From positions 1 to 64,000 of the forward strand of contig NW_020843886.1 of NCBI RefSeq assembly GCF_003704095.1: a stretch of DNA of 64,000 nt, read 5' to 3'. Positions within the stretch are counted from its first letter, which is position 1; each line of letters begins with the position of its first letter. Under the pieces are notes generated by a model. It ran no database searches, was not told the DNA's origin, and saw only the letters and a list, made by a program, of their open reading frames with translations. The DNA comes from Pocillopora damicornis (Eukaryota). The position numbers were made by a program, and so were the translations under genes. Shown piece by piece: positions 35,758-49,235 of the stretch.

Positions 35758-38531
35758 TTACCCCTCAGTAAGTACAAAGAAGTCACCATTCACAGCATTT
35801 GGAAACATGCTCTGGTTTTCATAACGGATTGGATCCTACAATAAAATAAACAAATATTTAAAGCTTTATTCTAAGTTGGTATATCTCTTGATCCAAAAGA
35901 TCAGGAAAGCCCACTGATACTAATATTACACTGCTGGTAAACTCTCTTTGGTGTTGTGGATTTACTTTGACAATTTTAATCAATGCATCTATACCTTTAA
36001 GTTTAAATTATTAGTTTCTGGTGCTAAACACCAAATATGACTCTGGCAAGGAAAAAACTTTTAAAAAAATGACCAGATCCAAATTTAAATATACTAAAAT
36101 GAGACCACTGAGTCACCTGCAAATTCACATCTTGAAATTGATAATCATTTTGTGCCACGGAATGTACCACCTAAAATGTACAGTCACCTACCTTCTTAAT
36201 AGCAGTGATTGCATACACTACAGTTTGAGAGGATGCCTGAGTCAAAACAATGGTGGAAAAAAAGCCGTTTTTCTTTTCACTGGTTGCAGGGCTAAATACC
36301 AGATTGCATCTGGGAGTTGTACTGAAAGAGTTCCTCACTGATGCATAGCTCATTTTCTAGATAAAGCAGAAAAAAATTTAAATATTTTCAAAATCACCCA
36401 GAGATACCAACACTTTCAGGGATCTGAGAAAATTCAATTACTAAGTGTAAAAAATTAAGATCTTTGAATCATCCTTTAAATTTTTCCTCTTTTCTAAATA
36501 ACTTGCACTGTTATTGCATAGTACTCAAACAGAGTCTGCAAAATACCATTGGGCAAGCATTATTTAGCTTCCAGCCATCAACATCCTTTACAACAATTTC
36601 CACATCTTCTCTGTGACTAAGAGAAAAATCAAGAGATTCCACTGATGACATAAACTTTCCTCCTTTCTTCTTCTCCTCCCTCAAAAGATTCTGTGGAGTC
36701 AAGTCAAACAAGTTTTATCAAATTTATTAACACAGAAATAGATCACACTGTTATAAAATAACTAACCATGACTGGAGGTAGGATGTTTGATGAACTAGAC
36801 CAGCACAAATTTAACATCAAAATTATAAATAACTGCAGTTACATGATAGATTCTAACTAGACTTCAGTTATGTGCAAAAAGCTTCTGAGAACTTGGTAAC
36901 ATGTCACATAAATTAAAATACCTAGCCTCTGATTATATCAAGATTTTTACTCCTAATAGAAGGAAATTTTATGACCCAAAGAGATCTTTTTGTAGATTGA
37001 AATAGAATAAATTGAATCATCATCTATTTATTGCTTAATATTAGGTGAGGATCTTTAAACTATATTAGTTATTCCCAAGAGCTTACCTCAAATGACCACT
37101 CACAATCATCAAAGCAATACAGCCTCACAACAAGGTCTTCTCCAACTCTGGTGTCATTACAAAATGCCATGACCTTCATTCTTTTGAGTACTGGTAAGGA
37201 CTGTTCTTCACAGTGTCCAACCACTGCAAATGTTGTAAAATGGTCTGTCTCAAAACTAACATGGTTGCTTTTGGGGAAGAATTCTTTTATTCCACTACCC
37301 TTCACATAGCTTACAACAACCCATTCATTGTTTTTCAACTCCTTCAAAATGATTTTCCACTTATTACAAGATAGCACCATGTTTGCACCATGAGGTATCT
37401 GAAGCTCAAGGGGTCCTGTTAACTTGCTCCTTGTGACAAGATAAAATGCTGGACTTAGTGGAAATTCACCATCCCTAAGTAATCCTGGTAAATTCAGCTT
37501 ATCTGATGTGGCATGTAACACCAAATCGCTTGGCACTTGTTGAAGGGTAGACTTATTACTGTCAAGGATAACAGCCTCAACCCCTGTCTTTTCAAACACC
37601 ACATGACCTGGGCCATATTGGTTTGGATGCTCCCACTCCACTTTCTTAATACCTAAGAAATAGATCCAAAAATAATGATAAATAATAATTAGTTATAAAA
37701 ATCTGCACATGTGCAACTTGAAGGTAGCTTTTTTATATGCACATTTGATCACCAGACTTCATATACTTATGAGGTGCTCTGCCTAAAACAAAAGCAAATA
37801 AGTTAATAAGATACAAAACAAAAAATTAGCGACAAAAGGTGGGCTAGCTACTATCAAAAACGCTTGTAACAATAATTTTGAGATACGAGTGCTGATCGCA
37901 AGTACTTGAGATATATAACAATATATACAAAGGGAAAATAATTAGTTATTTAACTTGCCTGAATGTGCGGATTGAGTGGTTTCTGTACTTTCAGAAGGGT
38001 CCTTCTTTTCCAATGATAAACTGTGTCCTTTTTCAAGATTATTTAAAAATGGGCATCGACCTTTACCTTTCAAAGTTTGCCCTTGTCGTTTAGAGATGTG
38101 ATACACAGTCAGGCCAACACATAGACCTATTATAGAGGCTGTGAAAGCATCAAGTTTGACATATTCCACCAGAGAGCTTTCTTGTTTTGTAGTTTGCAAT
38201 TGACTGTTTAGAGCAAAGGACGAAAAAAGCAGCTGAAGTCCAAGCCCACTAAAAGACTCTTTCAACATCATTACCTCTTTGATACAGTCCATAAAACTCT
38301 TTCTATCGTTATGGTTACAACACCAGAAGCATTCTTCACAAGTATTTGACTTGTCATTCAAATAAAATCCTGGTTCGCACCCACCACATATGGTATCCGA
38401 TTTGGTTGAGCAATTGGCGACAATGTTTTGGCCAATGGCACAGATTTTACATGACTCTAAGGTACCATGTTGATTAACAAATGTTTTCCCTACCATTGGA
38501 CGTTCACACTTGGGTATTGCACCATCAGTCA
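35758..38531 (-). CDS. TNFR-superfamily receptor D (paralog of C): CRDs, TM, ZU5 with HFT motif, UPA, no death domain; 5' part in the gap
   Basis: Exons <38531-37959 (GC donor), 37652-37087, 36690-36547, 36356-36192 and 35835-35758; a possible terminal exon lies near 34556-34465. Each exon is homologous to the corresponding exon of receptor C. Confidence 0.82.
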
Positions 38532-39183
38532 NNNNNNNNNNNNNNNNNNNNNNNNNNNNNNNNNNNNNNNNNNNNNNNNNNNNNNNNNNNNNNNNNNNNN
38601 NNNNNNNNNNNNNNNNNNNNNNNNNNNNNNNGGCTCACCAGCACAAGAAATGGATGCCTACGTTTTTTCTTTCCGATAAAACGCCAGTGTTACGCCGCAA
38701 AATGTAACAATTGTCGCAAAATGTAATCTTTTTAAATACTTTTTGGTACATTGACATGAAAAAACTACCTTTTTTTAGTTTCTGTGTGGTACATATAAAA
38801 TATATTATGAAAGTAATGGAGAATTACCGCGACGCTTGGCGGCACGGTAAATATCCACCGCTATTCATCTCCACTTCAGTGAATAATTGTTGCATAGTAT
38901 TTGGCCAGGTTGTTTAAATGACAATTTGCAGGTACTCACTTAACGTCCTGCGATTACAATTTAATTTGGGTACCAGTAAGATTGTTTCTTCCTTAGCCGG
39001 AAATAAATCAGGTGACAATCAAGGGCTAGACCCTAGTCCTGAAGTCACCACCTTTCAATGGAGTATTGTTATTCAATTGAAACTTTCAAATTTCTGACTG
39101 TCGTGCCAGCTTATTTTCAGATTTCTATGATAACATAGAGTAATTTTTTGAAAATTTTCTATTTGTTTTATCCCCTAATATAG

Positions 39184-40053
39184 GGCAGAGTAGCTTCGAT
39201 TGTAAGCCAGCTACAACGAGACCAATTCTCCAGTATACAAGTTGTTCCATTTGGTAATGAGTACTCCCCCCAACAAGAAAATAGACATTTTCATCTTCTG
39301 AACTTGGAAAATGAAATAATAATAAAATTCGAGTTGCGGAGGGAAGCACAGGGAAGATTCCGACTGCAGGAGGAGCAGAGACCTTTCCAGGTGTGTTAGT
39401 TAAACATGAAAACAACTAGGTGTTCCATAAAGAAAAAAAACACTTAAATCAACTCTAAAATTTTGAACAAAAATATGCTTTTAACTCCATGGAATTGTTT
39501 CTTTTCGTCTGTTGATTTGGCATTCTTTTTCACTCTTTAAACAGGTTCCATTGGTTCACATTATGTCCTTGAGCCAGAACAGAATTCCTAGTCCTCTTGT
39601 GCAGGTACATGTGGAATCTCTTTGTGAACCTGGAGAACTTTGCCAGGACCACTTGAGAATGACACTGGCGTACGGAAGAACTACTCAACGCATGTTGATA
39701 CCAATATGGGTAAATGCTGTACATTTCTGCTTACAGTAATGTAATTAAAATCAATTCAGTTCACAACATTCTCTTGCTGACTGCAGAAATTTACTCGAAA
39801 GTTTCATGATGAGTTATGCTAACCTTTAACATTAATATTCAGTCATGTTTTTGCTAACACACATTGGTTGATCTACGGCCTGTTTTGGTCCCTAAGGATA
39901 ATGCCATACAAATAAATTTTAAAGTTATGATGTAACACCCACTTCAAGAGTTTTAATAAACAGAATAAATGAAGATCATCACACAAATCAAACATCACTC
40001 ATCTCCATTTCCATACTTGCTTTCAGTCTGCCAGACCATCCGAATCCACTTAG
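39184..40053 (+). CDS. UPA-like adaptor D (3' exons; upstream exon appears disrupted, possible pseudogene)
   Basis: Exons 39184-39390 (GRVASIVSQLQRDQFSSIQVVPFGNE), 39545-39709 (QNRIPS..CEPGELCQDH..MLIPIW) and 40027-40053. The candidate exon-3 region near 39012-39139 has stops in all three frames. Confidence 0.7.
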
Positions 40054-42493
40054 AAAGGTTCTCTGCATCTGGTGAGTAAACTGAAGGTTCAGATCTAAAA
40101 TACATTAAATAATTTAATTACATTACAAAATCACTGTAACCTCTAAACCACAGTTTTTAAAGGTTGCTGTTGATTGATTTTATTTATTAGTGCCTTCAGT
40201 TAACTGAGTCAGTGTTTCTTGATTTTTCCTCGTCCCTGTCAGCATCTGCACATTTCAACTGTTCTTTTTAGCTACTGGTAAAAAGATTCGAGTTGCTTGA
40301 CCAGCCATTTGATGAAAATTATAAGTGGATGTAAATTCTGCTTTTGGTTTGAGTCTAATTCGTAAGTATGTTTTGACTTTTTAATTTCTTCCCTTTAGTT
40401 GTCATTGGAGGATTGACCATAAATACCAGTCTACAGCATATTACTTATAATACTTTGAATTTTTTTTTATAATACTCCATCCGTAGTATAGTTCATAATT
40501 AAAAGGAGCTACGTTACATTTCATGCACCTCTAAAAGTTAGCCTTCGACCAACCTTTTAGTGGAGAAATCGTAGCCAGGATTCAGATGTTGTAACAGTCT
40601 TTAGATAAAATGATTTGAAGACAAAAATCAGCTTTTAGAAGCAGGCCACTATGAGAAGCCACTACTTTGAACAAGTTAATTTTTTTCTCGTCTTTTCTTG
40701 CAATCTGTTTAAGTTTTCTTCTGTCTTTTATCCCTTTTTGTTACTTTTCAGCTGACAATTTCAGTTTTGGTCTAGTTACATTTGACTGACTGTTGTTTTT
40801 TTAAACAATGAAAGCAATTTTGCTTATCACAGTAAGCAACTTGAAAGCAGAGTGACGTTGCTCCTTTATAGAGGTCAAGGGACAAACGAAGGATAGAAAA
40901 ATGTCTTAGATTAGGAAATCTATAACCACTCTTGCATGATTACCAAAAAAAGCAAAAAACAAAAAAAAATTAAACAGGATGGAGTGACTTTCGTTAAGTC
41001 TTAATTGTAGATCTTTCACTTCATTAGCGAAAGTGAACAACAGAGAAGAAGTAGAATTAGTATAAGTATGCTGGTCATGACTATTTCAATGTTGTCTGTA
41101 GCCCAGCCTAACACCAAACATTCCATCCTCACGCTCACCTTGAGAAATTGGGTGACAGAGGCTATAGTTCAGTTATTAAATGTAAGGTGTTTTGGCGAAA
41201 AGGCCCAAGTAACTTCTGATGGAATTCTGAAACAGCATCTGGGTTGCATTATATGTGCATGAAATGATCAAAGAAGTTGAATGGAAACAAGGACTCACTT
41301 GGGACCTTTTCTTTTAATCCCTGCAATGATTGTCTGGGTAAAATTGCAATGCTTCATGAAAGCTGAAACTCTTGAAAGCGATTAACACTGGAAAGTAATA
41401 CTAACAGTGTTAGAAAATCCAAATTTGCCTTTTTGAGAATTCCATGACTTCTTTCAGCCCTATGTTTTCACACGCACACAAACAGGTTCATTTATGGTCC
41501 AAAGTTTGTCTGTTTGTTTTTTTTTTAACAAATCAGAAAGGAAATTAAACCTTGTTGAGTGTGTGATATTGCTCCTTTTGTAATAGGCTATATTTGATCA
41601 AAACCTGCAATATATCAGTGTGGAATTCTCAAAAGGGACCTACAGTGGCTGATAACAATTTATCGAAGATCTTTGACAAAAATTGAATATGATACCACCA
41701 CCCATAGAATGGATCAGTAATATAGACTGCAACATAGACTATAACTGCTGTTGTATCAAGGAAGTACTCACCATCATAAAACAAAATAGCTTACCAAAAC
41801 ACACCACAATTTGTCAACAATACTGAGTTAAGAAAATCTATGGACATGTTCTTCCATACAGACCACAATTATTACCTTGAAATACATGTACATGTATCAT
41901 GAACTGAGCAGTGGGTGGTGGTGTCATATGAAATCTAATTATCAAAAGATCTGTAGATTGTTGCAGCCATCATAGAGCCTGGTGTAAACTAAGCAATATT
42001 ATCACCACTTCCAAGTTGTGATAGTATTGCTTTGACTACACAAGGCTGAGAGCTGTCAGCATGATAAGCCTTAATTCAAATTTGCAAGCTAGTTTAATTG
42101 TTATAGGATTGTTATGTATTTAATTAGTACAATAATTATCTCTTTCACGTTAAGTAAACATTTATCATAATTCTTAAGTTTGGCTTTCCATTCTGACAGC
42201 TGCATAAATACATGACATTCATTCATGACCTTAAAATATGATCATGTTCTCTCAAGCCATATCAAAATTTATGTTTGGTGTAACTCTAAAAATTCTTCTT
42301 GTGCATTTAATATCACACTAGATTACAATTCTTGTAGCTGCCCATATTAAGCCTCATAATTTTTTCAAAATGATCTGTCAGTCCTGATTGTTGCCAAATT
42401 ACTTGAAAGTCATCATAAGTAGATAAGGTATTGGCCATGAATGAATGTCATGTATTTGTCACTTGTACATTGTTTTTTAATATAAATAGTCAG

Positions 42494-42721
42494 TATGGTT
42501 AACTATCACATTCAGAAAACTAAGAACATCTGAAATATAACCAAAATGTTTAATGTGTTATGACAAGTTAACGACATTTCTGTCAGAAAGCAGAGAAAAA
42601 CTAGAAAACCACAAGTTATTTACTGTTCAATTTAACAATTTAGTTATCTCACTCAACACAGCTAGAAATACAAGAAATAATTTCAGAGTTCACTGTTTTC
42701 TGAACATGATAGTTAACCATT
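42494..42721. repeat. Inverted repeat / MITE-like element
   Basis: ATGGTTAACTATCACATTCAGAAAAC...GTTTTCTGAACATGATAGTTAACCAT. Confidence 0.65.
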
Positions 42722-43561
42722 AGACAGCCAAGTCTGCAAGACCTAGTAATTGTAACAATTCTTTATCTAAGTTTATTTGCTGACCTTGAAGTTAGATCAT
42801 TTTTATGTCAAGTGGGAATGTGGTTTTGATTTTTCTATTTTGGCTTGATCATTTATAGTAGTGTTAATGTTACTTCATAGCACAATGTTTTTGTGAATTG
42901 GTTTTACAAGTAACTCACAATGCAGCTTATGAATGTTTATTTTGTTATTTTTTGGGGTGAACCAAGACAAGTTTTGATTAATTAAGTAAATTTGCTGTGT
43001 GCTTAATTATTTCTATCTTAGATCATGAATAAGTAATAAATAAATAAGTAATTAACACTTTCTTTCATTCTTCAGACTTGGCTGTTGTATATAAAACTAA
43101 AGAGCATGACAGGGTCACATGGGATCACAAAATTTATCTTCTTAATTAGATGTTTCCCATTTCTTTCTTTCATATACTCAAGAAAATAAGAATTTGTACT
43201 CCCAAGTGACCAATATCACACAGGCATTGATGAATTAGCTAATGGTGACAATGTGTTTCAAAGAAAATCTGGGTGGTAGTCTCATTACATTTTTAATTTA
43301 CCTTTGTTAATTGTGGAGAAAGCAAACACAAAAATACTTATATCTACTTTTCATTTTTCAATGTCATTTAGAAGTAACAGGAGAAATCCCTGCAGTTCAT
43401 CAATATCTGTGCAATATTCATGTTCTTGCGTGAAACTTTTTGTAAGGTTTTAAGTATACTGTAAATGAAGGATATGCACACAACAGATATGTAGTAATAA
43501 CCCCTGCTATAAGAACATCTGGCTCTTTCATTTTCCCTACCCTTTTTGAAAAACACAGTTG

Positions 43562-44005
43562 TCCTAAGCTCACATTTCAAGAAAAAGCAAACAATCAATT
43601 CATGAAAGCATCACAAGCTGTGTGATGCAGTGTTAAGTTATGCAAGGAACGGTTGAGAATTTGTATGCATCACATGGAATGGTAAGGACAAAGATATATG
43701 GCTGATTAAAACGCTAAATATTCCAAACTAGGCATATTCTGCATACAAGATTAATACAACTACTCACTCCTCATGTGACCACAACAGACACACAAGGAGT
43801 GAGTAATTTTCATTGATCTTACACATTGAATGTTTATATTTCTGTATATTTGGCATTGTTAATCAACTATATTTCTTTCTCTTTACTATTCCTTGTAAAG
43901 CATTCAAACTCTCAATGGTTCCTTGTGTAACTTAACACTGTGTCACACAGCATGTGATGCTTTCATGAATTAATCTTTTGCTTTTTCTGGAGATGTGAGC
44001 TAGGG
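43562..44005. repeat. Long imperfect inverted repeat (~110-bp arms), foldback-like
   Basis: ATTCATGAAAGCATCACA..GTGTTAAGTTA..CAAGGAAC is mirrored at 43918-43970, and the pairing extends outward. Confidence 0.7.
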
Positions 44006-44985
44006 ATGCTAGTGCAACAACATGCAAACTATAGAGTTGGAGATGGATAACTGCATATCTGTTTCACGCTGCCAACTATATGTCTCATGTTGCAGACTTC
44101 TTGGTAGACAGGTGTGCCATCATGCAACATGCAAAAGGTCATTTCTTGAGAAAGGATGGGATGGGGGAATAGAAATCTTTAATTCTGGTCAACGATTGAC
44201 AGCAGCATGAATGAAATTGCAAGTCTAGCTCTGAGCCTTAAAGTAAGCATGCTTTTAAAAAGCACAGGAATCAAAACTACATGTAAAAAAGATCTTCAAG
44301 CATGATTGGTCATCAGTCAACCCCTACCTTGACAGGCTAATACCATTTGTAGGTTGTGCATATTCTGTTTCTTCTGTTTTTTTGTTAGCATACACTTTGT
44401 CCCTATATAATCAAACCTATATACCTTTAAGTTAGTGAGAATAAAACTGAAAGCATACTGAAAGTGAAAGTGTCATGCTTAAAACAGAGATGGTAAGAAG
44501 ACAATAAGTTTCGTTTACAACCTGGATGGAATTCCTGGGGGGAATTTTCATACAGTTAACACAGACAATGAATGTCACACACATCATTCAGGTGCACTAT
44601 TAGCATACATCATTATAAACACTTTGTCATGTCAAGAGAGTACATTGTTATGTTTTTTTTAAAATATGAATTTCTTTTTACTTGTTTCCTGCTTACTTAC
44701 AATGTAAGTTGCAAGGCGGCAGAACATATTACAATCACAATTTGACAATGTGTAGGTGACAACCAGTCTTCCCATGTAAAATGAAATGAAATTACAATTG
44801 ATGAAATTCAGGCTTTGATAGGGATTGAAAATGTGGCTCTTGAATAGTCATGAAACATAATATTAGTTTCATAAACACTTCCACTTTCATGTAAATGTGT
44901 CATTTGTTAAAAATGATCAAAGTAAAAGCTGGTCCTACATGAACATCAATTTGAAAAATTACAACACCACAGTAAACCTAAATAC

Positions 44986-47900
44986 CTATTTGAGTGGAAA
45001 GTCACAATTCAAAAGCCTTCTTCTTAACAAGTTCTGCATTTTTACAGTCTCAATATGACTCAATGGTCTGTCACATGAGCTGTACATCATACGGTAATTG
45101 TAACTCACTTTGTCCTGTTCTGTATCATGATAACGTTCAACAAACCAAACATCACAAACACTTCCTTGAGTGACTTCATAAATATCTTGGAAGAACTGCT
45201 GTTCCGTCATTTGCTCCGTAATCCAGAAACTTATGTCATGAATGTATGTCGGAGGAAAGAGACTGATTGGAACAAACTCTTTACCGAGGTTGGGAAACTC
45301 ATCAACCTACATGTAAAGAAGTAGTAAAGGACACTTCTTCAAACTTCAGAGCATCATGCATTACTCTTCTAGCTTTGCTTGCAGCAATAGAATTAAGCAT
45401 TGACAACAGGCAGCTTTTAAACTCTTTACAGTGGCTAATTTTACATTTTCAATTCAGTTGATAATACTAAATTACACTGTTATACTCTTCTGCTGAGCAG
45501 CACCACAGTTTCTGTAAAAACTTACCCCCTTCATTGTTGCGTCAGCGATTTACTTCCTACAAGCACTAACATTGTAAATAGATTACAGAGATGAGAAGAA
45601 TGCATCTAGAAAGATGAACTGCAAGAAACACAAGTCACCATACACAAAAGAAGTGAACTGCTCCTAAGCATTGCCAAATCCCCCAACCGCATCATGAAAG
45701 AACCTGAACCTCTAAAGGAGTCAAACATTGAACCCAATAACAGAATCACAGATATTCAAACAAATGCTAAGGCATCAGACTGTAAGCAGAGAAACAACAC
45801 CATGGCAGAGGAGCATGATCAGCTACAGGTATGACTGACACAGCATTCTCCTTACACTTAGGTCCATTTAAGTTCCACATATGGTCAAACTCAACATCAC
45901 AAATTGACCCATTCAATTAAGAGTTCCCAAGGGTAAGTCCAAAAATAACTATTTTTCTTCTCAAGAAAACAATGCTGACTTTTCAAAGAAAACATTTTAC
46001 CCGTGACCTCCTTCAGAGGGCGAACCACAGAAATGGCCATAATGGCTGATTGAATACAGTGTAAAAATTAATAATAATACCCAACATTCATAACCACCAA
46101 ATTTCCTATGCTAGCCTACAAAGCTTCCAGTTTTTGTGCACTCAAAAGGCACATAGAACCGTCACTCACTTGGGTTCCTCTTATGTTTGAACGTAAATAA
46201 CTGATCAAAAAATGACAGAGAATTTCTGTACACTAATTAAATTAAACAATTTGTTACATGAATTGATAACAACCCTTACCTCTTGGCTTGAAAACTGTTC
46301 TTGAATCCTTGGATCATTTGACCAAAGCAGTCGTATGTCAGGAATGTTGCACAAAGCTAAAGCCAAGCTGTCAATATTAACTTCCATGAGCCACCCACAA
46401 CAAACTTTTGGGAACTTGCTAATATCTAAAATACCACAAGATACTAACAGCATGTCTTTATGATATAGTGTAGTCTTTGGTGAGGGTTGTATAAGGTCAT
46501 TGATGCAAACTTGTGGAGAGATATCATGTCCTAAATAATGCTTTTCCATCCTGCAAAAAATGCACTTCTTTCGGCCATCTTGGTTTCTACAATGACATCC
46601 AATGCTTGCAGCACCTGCACACCTGACATCTAGAAATCTTGTTTGTACTCCATTTTTTAACTGGGTTGTCTCTGACTCTACTGAACTTGAAGTAGAGAGG
46701 GGATTTGTCTGTGATACACCTTGACAACTACTCTCTCTTCTTAAGTCTTTGATGTGAGAGCAAATATCTTCAACAAATGTTTCTAGCACACTGTTCACAA
46801 CACTCTGAAGTTTTAATGGTGTTATGAGTTCTGTGAAAGTCTGTACTGCAACCAGTTTGTGGCTGACAGGGTGTGTGCGAGATGATGGAGGGAGAAAGAA
46901 GTCAATCTCAGTGCCACTTAAGATAAAGGAATGACAGTTTTTTTGAAGCTTCTCAACAACTCTGGTTGCAAAAGAGATCTTCGAATATTCCAGCGTCAAC
47001 CCTGTGGCCTCTTCTCTGACATTCAATTTCTTTGCTTCCTCAGTCAAATCACTTACATATTCTGATTGGCAGCAATCTTGCCAGGATTCATCAGTCAGGT
47101 CACAAATATTGTAATTTCCAAAGAAACTTTCAAGTTTTTTGACCAAGTTACCAACAGGATTATTAGGAACACCAATGAGACCACCCACTGAGTAAAGACT
47201 GTCCACAATGCTACTGTAATTTGAGATGAAAGACCTTGATGCAAGAGAGAAACCAAAATAAAACCAAAAATATAATACATGTGCAGAAAAAAAATTGGTT
47301 TGAGAGACATTTTGAGGTCTGAAACTTTTTTCTTATCAAGAGATGAGATAGCCATACAAGTATGGGTGACACTATCAAATATATAAATGGTTTGTGGAAC
47401 ATTAGAAAAAAGACACCAAGTGTGGCTTTTAAATCAGTAAGCATGCTGTATTGCACTTAAAGCTATAAAATCTAACTTTTTGAATTGCAATTAATGCAAA
47501 ATGATTTATTTTACTGACCGAGTGGAAATTTGATTTGGCCAATACTATTCATGTCATAAACAAAGCTAAAAATTAAAGAATGACCATGATCTTTGGTGAG
47601 ATACCAGGATGCTTTTTGTGGTTAATAGTATTATGAGGGAGCTTACTCTAGGTCTGGAATTGGTTCCAGTGGCACTCCATGGACAAACACATGAGTGAGC
47701 CCATTTACAGTATGAAAACCTTTCCCAAGCTGTCCACGAAAGCCTGCACTTCTGTAAGAGGTATAATCTTCACTTTTGAATGGATACACATCATTCAAAA
47801 TCAGACCTAGTTGTGGGTAAACAAGATGATACAGATTAAAGTGTGGATATTGGAAAGAGCGATGGTTAGAGTCACTGACACAGGTTGAAAGGTCTTAGCT

Positions 47901-49073
47901 CAAGCCACCTCCAGGAGTGATGGTTATTGCATGATATTTTTGGGCAACCAAATTGAACCTTAATGCCTTGTCCACTCACATGTGACACAAGGCACCAGCA
48001 AATTGTCAAGGATAACTGAAAAAATACCTCTAATACAGTAAAGAGGTTGGGCCTACAAGTGATTCTGGTTGATATCATGACTTTAATACTGGTTATCAAA
48101 ACATAACTTACTGCCCTCACAACACTCCACTTTAAGGGTATGGTGTAACTTCATCCCGACAACCACATCGAAAGATACCCTCCCGTTGACAGAACCTTTC
48201 TGGGAGGTTCATGGAAGATTTCCATAAAGCCCTATACCTCATCATACACACAGTTCTTGGATGAAGAAAAATGGCGAAAATATTACAATGACTTTGGGAC
48301 CAGGGCTTTGTTTTAGAATAGTAATGGGTTTTACGGAAATATTTTTGAGGTTGACATTACAGAAGGTATTTTGATGGGGCAGGTCAAATTGATTGGCTTC
48401 GTGGTGGCAGCTGGCACTAAAGAAAAATCTCCAGGTTTGAAGTCACCGGCGGTTCGCATCTTAATCTTTACAATTCGATCAGCTAGCTAGCTCATCAATT
48501 TTAAATAATCTCCAAATGACAGAGCTTCTTAAAAGCTGATCGAACTCGTCAATAAAAAACAACAACAACAACAACAAAATACCAACCAGCTTTCGCAGCT
48601 CGGTAAACAACTTGCCAAGAGTTTCCAAGCTCCCTTCTTGGATTGTCCAAGGGCGTTCCTCCCTGACCCTGACAAAGGCTTACACAGATATCGCCTTTGA
48701 ACCGTTCCACGTGGTGCGCAGCGCTTGCAAAGAACCGCTCCAACAGATCTCTCGATTTGGCAATGTTTGATTTGCCACCAGTGTGTGGAAAATTAAAGAT
48801 CACCCGATCAAACGTTCTAGAGCCAAATTTTTGACAAAGATCTGTTGCATCTACCTCGTGCAAGATCTCGACATTTTCAAAAGAGGACAGTTTTGCGATG
48901 TTTCCCAGAGCGAAGTCGTTACTTGCCAAAGCTGCGCGCGAGTCTAACGATGTCGCTACGATCTTCACAGATGTCTTTGATAACGCTGACGCCAAACAAA
49001 CCGTGAATGAAAAGTTACCATCTCCGACTACTAGCACATTATTAGAATATGATTTTGGGTCAAGTAATGCCAT
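44986..49073 (-). CDS. FDXACB1: Ferredoxin-fold anticodon-binding domain-containing protein 1 (BMT5/DUF2431-like methyltransferase + PheRS-like region + FDX-ACB)
   Basis: Exons 49073-48587 (VLVVGDGNFSF, VIFNFPHTGG, SLCQGQGGTP, NSWQVV), 47806-47647, 47234-46280 (IPDIRLLWSNDPR) and 45306-44986 (SLFPPTYIHDISFW, YRMMYSSCDRPLS). Phases are consistent. Confidence 0.92.
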
Positions 49074-49235
49074 AGCCGTTCATAAAGCGGAAACATAGAG
49101 CGTTGAGATCTAGAAGCTCAAGTGTGCGCCATTTTGTTTGCGCGGACTTGGATGGTTATTGCTGTGGTATAAGCATCACCAAAGTAGACTAATTGATATT
49201 AGTACCCAGCTGTTTCTCTGTCAATAACATTGCCC

